Source of the DNA: Anolis carolinensis
Taxonomy: Eukaryota
DNA length: 64,000 bases
Reading direction: 5' to 3'
NCBI RefSeq assembly: GCF_035594765.1
Contig: NC_085845.1
Span: 25,538,024 to 25,602,023 of the forward strand
Numbering within the stretch: the stretch's first letter is position 1; the number at the start of each line of letters is the position of its first letter. The position numbers were made by a program, and so were the translations under genes. The notes under the pieces were generated by a model. The model saw only the letters and a list, made by a program, of their open reading frames with translations, was not told the DNA's origin and ran no database searches. Shown piece after piece: positions 1 to 12,800 of the stretch.

Positions 1-34
1 AATAAATATGCCTAATCAAACTGAATTAGAACTA

Positions 35-320
35 CAGGAGAGTCTCACTTATCCAACATAAACGGGCAGGCAGAACGTTGGATAAGCAAATATGTTGGAT
101 AATAAGGAGGAATCAAATTAGGTTATGATTTTACAAATTAAGTACCAAAACATCATGTTATACAACAAATTTGACAGAAAAAGTAATTCAATATGCAGTA
201 ATGCTATGTAGTAATTACTGTATTTACGAAATTAGCACCAAAATATCACGATGTATTGAAAACACTGACTACAAAAATGCGTTGGATAATCCAGAATGTT
301 GGATAAGTGAGACTCTACTG
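35..320 (+). mobile_element. Tc1/mariner-pogo (Tigger-like) MITE
   Basis: TIR CAG[G/T]AGAGTCTCACTTATCCAAC at both ends, TA target duplication; near-identical copies at 28585 and 59059. Confidence 0.9.
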
Positions 321-1369
321 TACTTTTTTCTCTAGCTAAATGATCTGATTATAGCTTTTCCATACAAACCACAAAGAACCTTTGATAGACTATATCACGG
401 GCAGAAATGACCCACTGTGCCGCAGTGACATAGATATCCATCTTCTTCCTAGCTTCTCATGAGCCGGAATATACATATTCATTTCTTAGTCACAGAAGGA
501 GGAAAGGGAAGAACAGATTGCCCAACATGTGTTCTTATTGTGGGAGTTCGTCCAGGCTGGCCTCAGGCGGAGCAAGGCAGGGACTGTTTCTCTGCTGAAA
601 TGGTGCTGGTGAGATCTAAGTACAAATAACAAAACTTTGCAGCTAGAGCAGAAGATGCAAAGCAACAATAACAAAAAGCCACCAGATTGTTCTACGTGCC
701 ATGCAGATGGTCCAAGAGATAACCTCCCTGCTACTTCAAAATGACCCTATCTGTTTGGGAATGAAGAATTGTCTCACTTCCAAAAACTGAGTACAGAAAT
801 AATGCTGTTTTAAAAAATCAGCAATATATTTTTGCCTGCCCAATTAGCATGGATGAAACTCTGACTCACTGAAAAGAAAAGAAACTTGGGTTACCTGCTG
901 CAACAGAACAGGAACTAATTACTGTAGATTTGGATGGTCTCCCATGGCTGCTAAAAAGGATTGACAAAAGAAGTGAAAAGCAATCTTGAGGCAGATTGTT
1001 GAGAACGTGTTTTGCACATAAAAGAAAATTAATCACAGAAATGTTGCCTTTCCTTTCAGTAATTAAGCATTAGTCTCAACAAAAATTGGGACAAAATTGT
1101 TCTAAATTATTAGATACTGTTATTGAATTTAATGTAATTCTTAGAGACTAGCTGGTGCTAATAATTTCAAAATTGACATTTTGCAAAATTTAAAAGTGAA
1201 GGAATTTACACCCTGTTCAGGGCGTAAATCATATTCTTTGTGGTTAGTGCATATATTGCAGGAATAGAAAGTGAGTGTTGCATTACAAATCTCATCATCC
1301 CTAACTAGCATAGCTAAGAGATGAAGATCAATAACATTTGGACAGTCACACATTTCCCATCCTAATATG

Positions 1370-1500
1370 CAGTGGGCCCTTGATATTCATTGGTGTTTGG
1401 TTCCAGGACCTCCTTTTGATACCAAAGTCCTTGGAGGCTTATGTGCCATTATATATAATAGCACAGAAAAAATCGTGTCTCTTGTATAAAATAGCAAAAG
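1370..1500 (+). mobile_element. Tigger/MER2-like DNA transposon left-end remnant
   Basis: cagtgggcccttgatattc...tggttccaggacctcc...gataccaaa resembles Tigger/MER2-type termini. Confidence 0.5.
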
Positions 1501-2094
1501 TAATGGCCCCATCTACACTGATGATTTAACGCGGTTTTTAAACCAGCATTGAAGTCACATTCACATCAGTCACATTCTTTTGGAGCAAATAAATGACAAG
1601 ACTTTCCTTTTTTGTGTTGTCAAAAAGAAGGGCCTTTTCTCTCAGCAAAATAGGAAGACAGTAGTGAGACTCTGAAGCAGAGTAATCAAATTGACAAGGC
1701 AGAAGCTGATTACAAACCCGTCCTACACACTGTGCTTGGAGAGAAAACAAATGTGCCTACCAGTCTGTGAAAACATAAAATTAGCTTTACTAACAAATCT
1801 TAGGTATAATCAGATACATTGTCTAATGAATGAGAGAGGGAAGTAAAAATGCCTGAAGATTTCAGAAGGTGCAGGAAGGGATTAGGTGTGGTAAAAGAAA
1901 GGAAATATGCAATATGCAAAGCTTATATGCTTGCCAACGCTAACACTTTTAGGTCAGATTATTTTGGTGTTTTCTTTTTAGCTATTGGTCAAAATACTAC
2001 TACTGCCCCAGGAAGGATTTGTATGAATTGTCTTACTATTGATGACAAAACAGCTGCAAAATCCTGTTATCATTTGTAAAAGGCTTTCACTAAT

Positions 2095-2200
2095 AATCAT
2101 CATCATCATCATCATTATCCTAATTTGTAGACAGCCCTATCTCCCCAAAGGGACTTAGAGTGGCTTCCAATACGTATGGCAAACATTCAATGCCAGAAAA
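2095..2200 (-). mobile_element. L2-type 3' tail fragment with (ATC)n
   Basis: ccctatctccccaaagggacttagagtggctt...ggcaaacattcaatgcc, shared with the SINEs at 51710 and 60433. Confidence 0.6.
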
Positions 2201-2306
2201 GGAAAAACATTCAAAACAGAATTACATCAGGACAAACCATATAAAAGCAACAGTGAAACATTATTCTCAGAAGATGCTATTCTATCTCTGCAGAATACTG
2301 TGAGCC

Positions 2307-2460
2307 ACATGTGTCAAACTGAAGGTCTGCGGGCCAAATCCGACCACCATGTCATCTTATGTAGCCCTCCAGATGCTAGACTACAACTCCTGTATTCTTC
2401 ATCAACAGGCATCAGGACTAGAGCTGATGGGAGTTGTGCTACCATAACATCTTGAAGGTT
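2307..2460. mobile_element. Degraded hAT MITE
   Basis: gtgtcaaactgaaggtctgcgggcc terminus and internal palindrome ctacaactcc...ggagttgtg. Confidence 0.5.
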
Positions 2461-3745
2461 ACAATTTGTTCTGTTTAGTCAGTATAATGGGGTTTAGATA
2501 CAAGGCTTGTGGATATAATGCCTGACTTTAAATGTCATTTAGCCTTTCTCCAACCTCAGAGTCACAAGTGCTGTTGGGTTGCAATTCCCCATATTCCCAG
2601 CCTGCATGGTGGATAATCAAAAGTGATGGTAACAATGACATCTGGGAACCCAAATTGAGTAAAAACTAAGGAGTACTGACCACTATGTAAAAATGTATAG
2701 TTGACGCTTTGTATCCACGGATTCTTCGTCCATGGATTCAATGGCCCTTTGATGGCAATCATAAGGCTGGTGTGGCCTTCAATGATAACGTGTTTGACCA
2801 CTCTGCTGTGAGCCCTTTGAAATATTTCTTGCTTAGGATTATCTGCTCCCTCCAAAGTTTTAAATTGTATTTCTGTTCTTCCTCCTCCCCTCCAATAAAA
2901 GTCACAATGAAATTTCTTTCTGAAGATTTTCAGTTCAGCCCAAGTTTGTTCATTTGGTTATTTGTTTTGCCTTGTTTTTTTAATGTGTAGCCTTGTTTCT
3001 TCCTTATGCTCAAGGCAATGAAAGCTCTTTGTCCTTACAGTACCTTTCTGCAGTGTTCATGTTGGATTGCCAACCATCTCATGGGAGAAGAAGTGGGGAG
3101 GAAAATGGTCTGGCTGCAATTTTGACCTTTGGGCTAGTTTCCAGTATTTTGTGACTAAAAGGCAAAAATTCATGCTATGGTCAACATGATTTTCAATAAA
3201 GCTGGGTTTATTTATTTCTTTAATTGAATAAAAATTCAGTAGCTGCATTTGAGGCTTAAGAAGTAACCTGTTCACTTGGCATTTAATACGTTAACCTGTG
3301 CCTTTGCAGTAATGTTTTTTTTTTTTTTATTGACCTCCAGTGCAAAATATAAATTGAACATTTTCAGATGCAGGGAAGAGAGATGGAAAAAGGATAAGAA
3401 ACAAAATTACTATTTTTTTTAAAAAAAGTTCTTTTTTGTGACTGAATACTATTCCTAATGGTGACTAGCTGGACCTCATTCCCCCATCCCTCAAAATCAT
3501 TTGTGGATATTAATATTCCATGACGATTTGAACTTAACCCATCTGGGAATACTCTGGAATTCATCAAGCTTTTCCATGACCCATGGGGTTTGCAAGTGTC
3601 TTTGATTTTGCCACTACTAAGATCCATATAGCCAACAACAGAGTTTCAGTACATTAGCATTTTGACAATATTTTTAGTCTCAATTAGAATAACATGTAGC
3701 TCTAAGACAGACCTTTTCTGCATTTATTTGTTTTTTAATATGAAA

Positions 3746-3874
3746 TTTCTCAAACTGTGCTTCTCCAGATGTTTTGGACTTCAGCTTCAAGAATTCCTAA
3801 CAGCTGGTAATCTGACTGGGGTTTCTGGGAGCTGAAGTCCAAAACATCTTGAGGGGCACAGTTTGAGAAACACT
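3746..3874. mobile_element. Palindromic hAT MITE
   Basis: tttctcaaactgtg...cacagtttgagaaacactg TIRs; internal inverted repeat gttttggacttcagct/agctgaagtccaaaac. Confidence 0.8.
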
Positions 3875-4876
3875 GATTAATGTGTATTTTCTCCTGAATG
3901 GAACCAACAACCCTGTTTGTGAAGTGTTATCAAAGTTTATGCTGAAAATGAAACAGCCTTTGAAGCCAGTGTTCACTTCCATGTATGTGGAGAACAAGCT
4001 CAGGAGAAGGAGTTCTGACCATCAAAAGAAAGCATTTCATTTTCATAATCTTAACATTGAAAATTTGAGAATTTCCCCAAATCCTTTTTGACCACTCTCA
4101 TTTATTGAGGAAATAGTTATCAGTTTAGCAATGCCCTTTTTGTTTTTTGCTTTTATCTCCCAAAGGCAAGTTTTTCTGCATAATCATTAATTTTTGAATA
4201 CTTTGTCCCAAAAAACTTAACCACACATTTATAGAAGTATGTTTTTTGTTTGCAACGTAAGTGAGGCAAGCCATTGACTAAAGTTTTCTCCATAGTTTCT
4301 CCAAGTTTCTTCCAAACTTCTTGTCAAGTGAGGCTACTTGACCTGTTGACCTGCTCAGAGCCTGGTCACAGGTCTTATTTCAAAGCTATTAGTTTCTGAT
4401 CTTTGAAAATCACTTTCACAGTATCAACAAATTTACCTTTAGAATGTCATGCTCTAGGAGGTTCCTTCCAAAGATACTCTTTATCCAACAGGTACCATCT
4501 GGTGCCATCTGTATCTGCATGTTGGATCCAGCAGAGTCTTGGATGAGCAGAAAGGCATGTAGTTGTTCTCTAATTTCTACCGATAACCTTTATTCTTGTA
4601 CTCCACCCAAGACCTTCTGGAAGGTGCCTGAATTTTCAGAAGGGGATTGAGAATAAAAAGGTCAGGAATTCTCTATTGCATCTATGTACTGATCAGGGTT
4701 CATGAGAGCTGCAGTCCAATAATGTCTGTAAAGTCACAGTCCTGTTGTAGACTATCCCACCAGGGGAGCAAGAAAAACAATGAAAGGAAAAATTAACCCC
4801 ATCAGAATTGTAATCCTCATTTCAGTTGACATCCTAAGGGCTACATTTAACACTTTTACCCTCTAATCCTCTAGAT

Positions 4877-5253
4877 CAGAGATCTCAAACTTTTAAAACA
4901 GAGGGCTGGCTCATGGTCCCTCAGACGTTTGGAGACAAACCGACTATACTGTAGTTTGAAAAAACTTGAATGAATTCCTATGCACACTGCACATATCTTA
5001 TTAGTAGTGTGAAAAATGAAAGAACAATACAATATTTAAAATGAATGATTTTAACAACATAAATTTACTAGTATTTCAATGAGAAGTGTGGACCTTCTTT
5101 TGGCTGATGAGATAGTCAAGTTAATTAGGATTGTTGTTGTTATTGCCTTCAATTTGTTTCAGATTTAGAGCAACCCTAAGTCTAAAGTTTAGGGTGGGCA
5201 CATAACCTTGAAGGGACACATCTGGCCCATGGGACTTAGCTTGGGGACCCCTA
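4877..5253 (+). mobile_element. Non-autonomous hAT (OC1/OposCharlie-like)
   Basis: Degenerate CAGGGGTCCTCAAAC TIRs, 8-bp TSD ctctagat/atctagat, diagnostic core aattcctatgcacactgcacatatcttatt. Confidence 0.8.
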
Positions 5254-5264
5254 ATCTAGATCTA

Positions 5265-5625
5265 ACATGACTCACTAGAAAAGACAATGAGATTTGGTAA
5301 GGTGAAAAGCAACAGGAAAATAAGATGATTGCATTCCAGATGGATAGGCTCAGGGCCCTTCCAGATAGGCCTTTTATCCCAGGATCTGATCCCAGATTTT
5401 CTGTTTATCCTAGATTATCTGGCAGTGGAGATTCATATAATCCAGTTTAAATCAGAAAACCTGGGATCAAATCTTGGAATGAAGAGCCTGTCTGGAAGGG
5501 GCCTCAATCAAGAAAGCGATGGCCCTGATTATACAAGACCTCAGCAGGACTGTGGATAAAGGAGTATCTCCTTCATAGGATTGTCATTGGTGTAAGTCAA
5601 CATGGCAGCAATTAATGACAACAAG
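5265..5625 (+). mobile_element. Old RTE-clade LINE 3' fragment, interrupted by a MITE
   Basis: Translates to HDSLEKTMRFGKVKSNRK...SRWIGSIKKAMAL...QDLSR, an RTE ORF C-terminus. Confidence 0.7.
5353..5503. mobile_element. PIF/Harbinger-type MITE
   Basis: TIR gggcccttccaga/tctggaaggggcc, 3-bp TSD TCA, palindromic interior. Confidence 0.8.
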
Positions 5626-8600
5626 ATATAACTAGTGTAGCCAGTGATGAGGGATGATGGAAGTTGCATTTGGACCATATCTGGAGAAATTGCACTTTGC
5701 CCATCTATGCCCTGCACATGAGGAGAGAAGAGATAAAATCAGAGTTCTACCATGGTCTTGGGTTACTGCAATATCTTCTTCTTTTTCGTCCTAGCTTTCA
5801 TCCCATGAATTCGCAGGGTCCAAATCCAAGTTTGGAGCTGGAATGTGAAATTAATTTGTGTGAAATTATAAGCACAAGCCAGTTTTTGTCCGGTGTGACC
5901 CTATTATGGTATATTTTAAAGAGTTACAAACGAGTGAACTTGGGGAAAGATCTAGTCTCAAGGTTACCTTAGCAACCACTCCCAAAGAACAGAAAGATTA
6001 ATAAAAATCCCTTTTTTATTTTTATTTTGCAGCTACCTGCTACATACTAGAATTTATAGAATAAAGGAAATACTTGAGCAAGATAAAAGTATGTTTGGAA
6101 TACTTCCCACCTTATTTCATGAGTGCATATTGGAATTATTGGTGCATTTTGTAGTTTTTCCTCAACTTAATTTGTTGTGAGATCTCTCCCCCCCCCTCCT
6201 CCTCCCCCCCCCTCCCCCCAGTCATTGCTGATGTAATTTATAAGTGCACATAAAGATGCTATGTTCTGCATTATTTTAATGTTGGTGACAAGACAGTGTG
6301 TCTCCATCAGCTATGGGCTTGTCTTGTTTCTTCCTTCCTCTAAATCTTAATGAATAATATCAGTCTGGTGTATAACCAATTGGCTAGCTACAATCCTAGA
6401 GATGGGAAGGAAGCAAATGAGGATTTGTTTCTCAAATAAGAATACTGTTCCTTCAATCCTTAAATTGCTAGCATCTTAAATTTAGGCCACATACACAAGG
6501 GATAAGTATACAAATAGAAAGAAGTCGGTAACGTAAGCCTTCATAGCCTACTAATAATTCCTCATATTCATCCATGGGTTGATGTAAGTACTGTACCTCA
6601 ACTCTTATCAAGAAAGATAAGAACTGAGTGGTGAAAGGTGAGAGCTTAGTCCATCCTCAGCGAACCTACAGGAAGTTCAAAACTCCTATTTTCTCTGCCA
6701 TGATGCCACTTCTGGTCTTTTTTAAAAGGAGTGGTGACTCTTTGGTGCTTCTCCTTAGAGAAGCTTGGATGGGGGAGGGGGGTTGCATTTCTTTTAGTTT
6801 CTCTTGGGAATTAACCAAGCTCTCAACTTTCTGCACTCAAGGGAATTATCCTTTTCGCTGAGTCCTATGACCAAAGGCCTTTTTGAATACTTCAGTAGGA
6901 AGGTAATGGTGGCAACCAGAAATGGCTGGTCCCTAATAATTTAGGAGTACATTACTTCATGCATTTGATTAAAATGGTTTTGGACTAACATGTAGGCCAT
7001 AATGTTTTTATAATGCGAATTTGAACAGTTTGTTATTTTTAGATAATAGATATAGATGTTTTGAGGAGCCAAAAATTCCCCAAAAGTGCATCATTAATCT
7101 CATCATTTTCACAGTTAATTCACTTTTTCCCATACTGCATCAGACTAAAAATGATTGCTGTGTTCCAACAAATTCCACACACTTTTGGGTTTTACCATGA
7201 CAGACCATGTGGCTTTCAGGAGGCCCTTTTGGAAGCTGTATCTGCCATAGAGTGATGGAGGGAAGACTATCTGTGAAACTTCATAGTGCTTTAAACATGG
7301 TATTTAGGTGTAAGTATCCATGTGGCATCACCATCATGAAAGCATGCCATCATCATGAAGTCTGAGGATGAAACTAAATTATACATTTAACATATGTTTA
7401 GAAGAGGAATTACCACAAGTGCTGAAATATGTCTGTTAGTTATAGCATGTGCTTTTCCTCACTTGCTTTGCTTTGTAATAGATTCTAGGAAGGTAAATGT
7501 AGGTTGAATCTGTAAATTTGATTGCTGAAATGCATATTTCTAAGAGGGAAAGTATGCTGGTGCTGCAGAATAAATATTACTTATGACTTCTAGTCTGACC
7601 CCAAGATGGCAAAATCCAGAAATAATGCATCCTGCTGTAACTCTCAAATCTTTGTAGCAAGAAAGAATGAGAAAACATTGAAGAAGCAGTGCCTAGTAAT
7701 AATGTCACCAGTCTGCCAGAAGAGGTGATAACATTAGTTTGTTGTCCGTGATGCCAAGTGAAGTGAACAGAGATTTATGTCTATGCAGTTTCAAGGCTTT
7801 GGTATCTGCCAGTAGCACGAGCCAGCTGAATGCCTTTGCAAATAGATATGCAAAACATCCAATCAATTGGAGTGACAAAAAAACTCTTTTACTACAGCTT
7901 CCAGCTTGCCCACCCACCCACTTTTCAAAATATGCCATCCTCAACAATACTATTTCCTATTGACCTTTCTGTACCTCTGCATACAGTGAATCCCAAAAGG
8001 CCTCATCAATCCATTGATTCATTGAGGTTGTGGTGGCATCCATGCTAATTACTAAGAATATACTTTGGGGCTTTCCCAGATGTGCCCTGATTAGTCTGTG
8101 GGCACTGAACATCCATCTGTGCTTTCCAAAGCTGCCAGTGAAAAATTGCTTATTGAAGAGGAATGAGTACATTAAGAGCCAAAAGAGAAGAGAAGGGAGA
8201 AAGAGAGAGGATTCAGAAATCACAAAGCTTTAATCCTTATTTTAATAACAAGGTCACGGAAACTCCATCATTCTATCTTCAGTTTATATAACAAAGGGGA
8301 ATCCTAACCTGTTTTACAAATCCACAGGAATTAATATCTATATTTCCGTTATTTAAATTATTGTCACATTTATTGATGGTACTAACAACCAGCCATATGT
8401 TTCTAGATCCACCAGTTCTGGGCCCAGAGGGACAATTAGTATTTTAAGTGACTGAATAAAAACTCTGGGATGTATTAAAAGTATTTTTAATCCTTTTGAA
8501 AGTGTCCCACCTTTAAAGGTGACATGAATGGTAAATGGGACAGGGCATTTCTGTGGTAGCATCCAAAATATGAAACATCAGCCTTAGGCACATTCATTGT

Positions 8601-8779
8601 TTTAAGCACAGTGCTGGTACCAGTTAAGCACTTTTTAAAAAGGTACACTGGAATTTTATATATTTGGTAATTATTTGGTTCTTCCTTCTTCCCTTTTGTC
8701 CCTTCTCGTCCTCTTCCCTCTTTTTTGGTTATTTCTGAGCCTTTTCATTATAATCCATTGTTTAAACTATCACTTTGTG

Positions 8780-8900
8780 AGCCACTTTGCAGGCTTGTAT
8801 TTTTCTACTGACATAACCAAAGAACCCCTTTCTCTTGTTTTTAATCTCTCTAGCAAGTTTGAGCTCATTTTGCACTTTAGCCTTTTAGATCTTATTCTTA
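8780..8900 (-). mobile_element. CR1 LINE internal remnant
   Basis: Minus-strand translation ...AKVQNELKLARE... resembles CR1 ORF2 (KAKAQNELRLARD). Confidence 0.55.
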
Positions 8901-9583
8901 CGTATATTGGTTATTTGTTTCAATTCCCCTTCTTCATTTTTTGTATATTTAATTTAATCTAAGTGAGAATTACATGATCATTTTTATGGGAAATTACATG
9001 CTGAGATGAAACATTCCTGCAGTTCTTCCTTCATTACTTGTTCTTATAAATTACCCTTACATAGTAAAGCATCTCTACTGGAAATGAGCATTGCTGCTTT
9101 ATCAATGATAGTATTCTCTATATCTCTCTTTGGATACTTCTCCCAATAATTACTATGAGGCTCTTTGTGGTAAGACTTATCTATTTTTAAGTTGTTGGGT
9201 AGACCTCCCAAATGTTATGTTGTCCAAATCCCATCAGCCCCATGGCATACTTACTGCTGCAATGTCTCCTAATTGGTCATTAATAATTTTACTATATTGA
9301 CCATACTGTAATATTGTTTTGTCTTATGTGCCCTATGAAATGCTAGAGGTTTGCAAGCAACTGTTTATGCAGGCTGCCCACCATTTTAATCATTTACACC
9401 CTCTGTAATGCAATTTGCTCCACAGTATTATGGAAAGTTAAATTAGGACACCTGTTGATTTGGGCTTAGGAAGTTGTCCATAGTTCGATCAGGGGTCTCA
9501 CCTTAAGATAACAGAGTGAAATGGTGTCCTTAATCATTAAATGAAAGTGCCATGGTATACAATTTCAATTTCAGTACAACCCA

Positions 9584-9663
9584 TGTTTCCATGAAAGTTC
9601 ATGAATGTATCCTCCATGGATAAAGATCCATGGAGGATACATTCATGAACTTCTATGGAAACA
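9584..9663. repeat. Near-perfect inverted repeat (38-bp arms, 4-nt loop)
   Basis: tgtttccatgaaagttcatgaatgtatcctccatggat-aaag-atccatggaggatacattcatgaacttctatggaaaca. Confidence 0.95.
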
Positions 9664-11907
9664 GGATGGTAACATATGCTATTGAAATGAATCATTTCTG
9701 CCAGCAGCTACCTAGAAAATTCATAGAGAGATATTTTCTCTAGGAATTTGTTAGGTTTTCCAGGGTGACTCTTATAATCACTCCAGGTGGAAGCATGGCA
9801 TAGAATCACTTGAAGGACCTAATTCCTAGAGAAAACATATTTTGTTGCATGCAGATAGATCAAACTGTGTATTCTGGTCCTGCAGGTATGGTCAGAGACA
9901 CTATGGGGAATCAATATGGTAGGCAGGATTGCTGTTTGCTACTAACCAGAGCTGGGTACTTCACTTGCTAGATTTTTTTCTTCAAGCCTTCTGAAAACCT
10001 GACATTTATCCTAGGGAGGAAATGTCCAGAAATCTGTATTTTTCATGGGGATGGCCTGATTCTTTTAGGAATTTGAACCATCAAAATTCCTATTTGTGAA
10101 CAAACTGTGATATGAATTTAATCAGTCACCAAGCCATTTTTGCCTGAAGGAAATGCAAACTTTAAAGGCTTCCTACCATTTGGCTCAATGCCAAACGCTA
10201 TTTTCCATGGTCTTTCCGACAGAAGCAGGCTCTTAGACTTGTACTGCTTTCTCCTCTGGCTTACCTGACAAGTTGTAATACTTACACAAGATCTACACAA
10301 GATTATGTAGAATAAGTAGAAGGGTGAGACACTTTTCATTTTTCAGGTTGTAATTTCCTGACAGAGAAACACTGTGGGCTCTTGCCTCACATTTTGGTAC
10401 TGTTTCAGAAGCCGGTGGTGCGCTTTCTCATTTTCCTTTTCTGGGCAAGATTTTGTGTTTACTTGTTTGCCAACAGGTAGCAATCAGTCAGCCAGACCAG
10501 AGGAACACAAAGCCCAATCAATTTTGGGAAAGTGTCCAGACCAGAAAGAAAGGAAAAGAATTCTCTAGAGCCCCTGAAGCACTAGGATTGCATCGATCAC
10601 TTGCAGAGCTTGCTGACCACCTGCAAGAAATAAGCCATTTATAGCTATCAGGACTGCTGTGCACCAAATGGCGTCATGATGGAACAGGCTTCAGAGCTTG
10701 TGGGGATCGATAATTGGCTTCATTTGTCTTTGTAGCAAACGGCATTATTTTGACATCTGACTCCATTGTGGCTCAGGCACGTGTGCTCCTCAGGCCTGCC
10801 AGATCATGAATAAGTCTTGCAGACTCCAAATCACTCACTCCTTTCATTACAGCACTGGGAGTAGCATCTCTCTCGGCACCCTGTTACTGGTTAAGTTGAG
10901 AGGAATTGTGTTTGAGCATTGCAACAGGTCTGACTCTATCCACAAGTGGAGTAAGGCAACAAGTCATACTGGGATACATGGAGCAATGGGAGTATTCAGC
11001 AGTGGTTGGCAACTTTCATATCAATGGAGGGGTAAAAACATTATGGTTTTTAGTCTGAACTGAATGGCTTTTGGAGATAGAATTCAGCTCATATCACTGG
11101 GGCATGAGCCCCTCCTGGCAGACCTCTTTGCAGCTCTGCTGGTGGCCCTGATGGTACCATCGGGGCCTTGTTTGAGATTCGAATACCACTGAGGGGAGCG
11201 GACACGTCTGTATCCTTCCACTAACTGAGACTCTCAAGGGAAGACCATTTTGTGTCCAAGTATGCAAAGCATATTCCACCAGGATTCATTGCAATAAATA
11301 GGACCCCTCGTCAGTGTTCCCTCTTATTGTTATGAGGGCCATTACAAGAGTTAGAAATTAAAACTTTATTTGTCTATCTGAAACATAAATTACCCTGGTG
11401 CAGGGTAAGAATTGATTTTTAAAGAAAGGTTTTACATAATAGGCTCAGTAGCTTTGAAGAATGTCTTTCGTTAATGGTTGATCTATTGTTGCAGAGCCTA
11501 AGGACAATTTTCCTAATTAAGCAATAAATCACCCTTGCAGAAAAATCTGGTACGTCACTATTAGAGCTGTACAGAATTTTTGTAGTTTAATTTACAACAG
11601 CAGTGGTGAGTAAGCCTGTAAAAGCTGGGCCAGTGCTTCAACCCCATTCATTTGGGGTGCCTCCTCCTCAAATACTGTCTCCTCTTTTTTGTGTTTCATT
11701 TCCCAGTATTGTTTTAGCTGCTACTTTAGATCAAGATATTAACTATCCTTATACATTTTGAAAATGGGCAATTTGGGATATGATTTCTCCCGCAATGGAA
11801 ATCTGTGGCCCATTATGGTCTGAAATCAATGAGATTTTTTGAAGTGTTGGATCACCTTTATCAATTGAGTCAATAGGTTTACGCTACTAGAAATTACTAA
11901 CAACAGG

Positions 11908-12185
11908 TATTTATTTATTTATTTCCATCACTTCTATCCCGCCCTTCTCACCCGAAGGGACTCAGGGCGGCTTACAAATTTGATGCCAATACACAACAAT
12001 ACAAAAGAATAAAACATAAGCAGTTAAAAACAGTTAAATAAATTAGCAATATGCAATATGCAGATTTAAAACAATACAAAATACTTGAGCCATTCATCCA
12101 CAAAACCTTGTACATAAACCTTAATCCAGACCAAGTCGAAGCCAACAAAACTTATTCTTTGAATGCTTGCTCACATAGCCAGGTC
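11908..12185 (-). mobile_element. L2 LINE 3' end
   Basis: Minus strand encodes the ORF2 end TWLCEQAFKE* followed by a 3' UTR and the tail tgtaagccgccctgagtcccttcgggtgagaagggcggga. Confidence 0.8.
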
Positions 12186-12511
12186 ATGCACCTTCCAGAA
12201 GTTGATGGACCAAGTCTCATCACAATTTGCCTACATAGCAACTCAACAACATCTGAAGAACTAACTGCCTGAATCCCATGGCAGACAAATATGCTTTTGG
12301 ACTATTAGTCACATTTGAGTATGTATATGACAAACAAACTGGGGTTAAGGAGGTGATTGTGGATGAGCAATGACAATGGGAAGGAAGAAACAATATGTAC
12401 TACATGTCAAAGGCAAAAATAGTGCCGCTATGGTATCTCTCTGCTAAAGTCTCTTTATAAAATCAGGAATTTTCTTCTAGCATTGAGCTGGATAGAGTTC
12501 GGTCAACATTT

Positions 12512-12800
12512 ATTCATTCATTTAAAGCATTTCTGTATCGTCTCCCAGCCCACAAAGCCTCCTGAGGCAATGAACAAATAAAAACCAATTAAAGTAATAC
12601 GAATATAAAACATTTCAAAAACATATTAAAACAGTCTTTTAAAACTCTGATCTTTCAAAGGGAGAGTGTCATTGAGAACAGGCTGTGATCTCAATCCCAG
12701 GTTGGTTTTTCTACTGAACAGCAGCACTTCTTTCTCATCTGGATTAAACCTCAGTCTATTCACCCATATCCAGTCCTGCATGTATGAAGCCAATTCATAT
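12512..12800 (-). mobile_element. L2 LINE remnant
   Basis: ORF 12626..12820 (MQDWIWVNRLRFNPDEKEVLL...QPVLNDTLPLK) matches the L2 RT C-terminal motif WM-N-LKLNPDKTE. Confidence 0.75.

Noticed and set aside
11134-11200. CTCF sites
   Set aside because: Only partial matches (CCACCAGCAGAG, CCACTGAGGGGAG) with mismatches at core positions.
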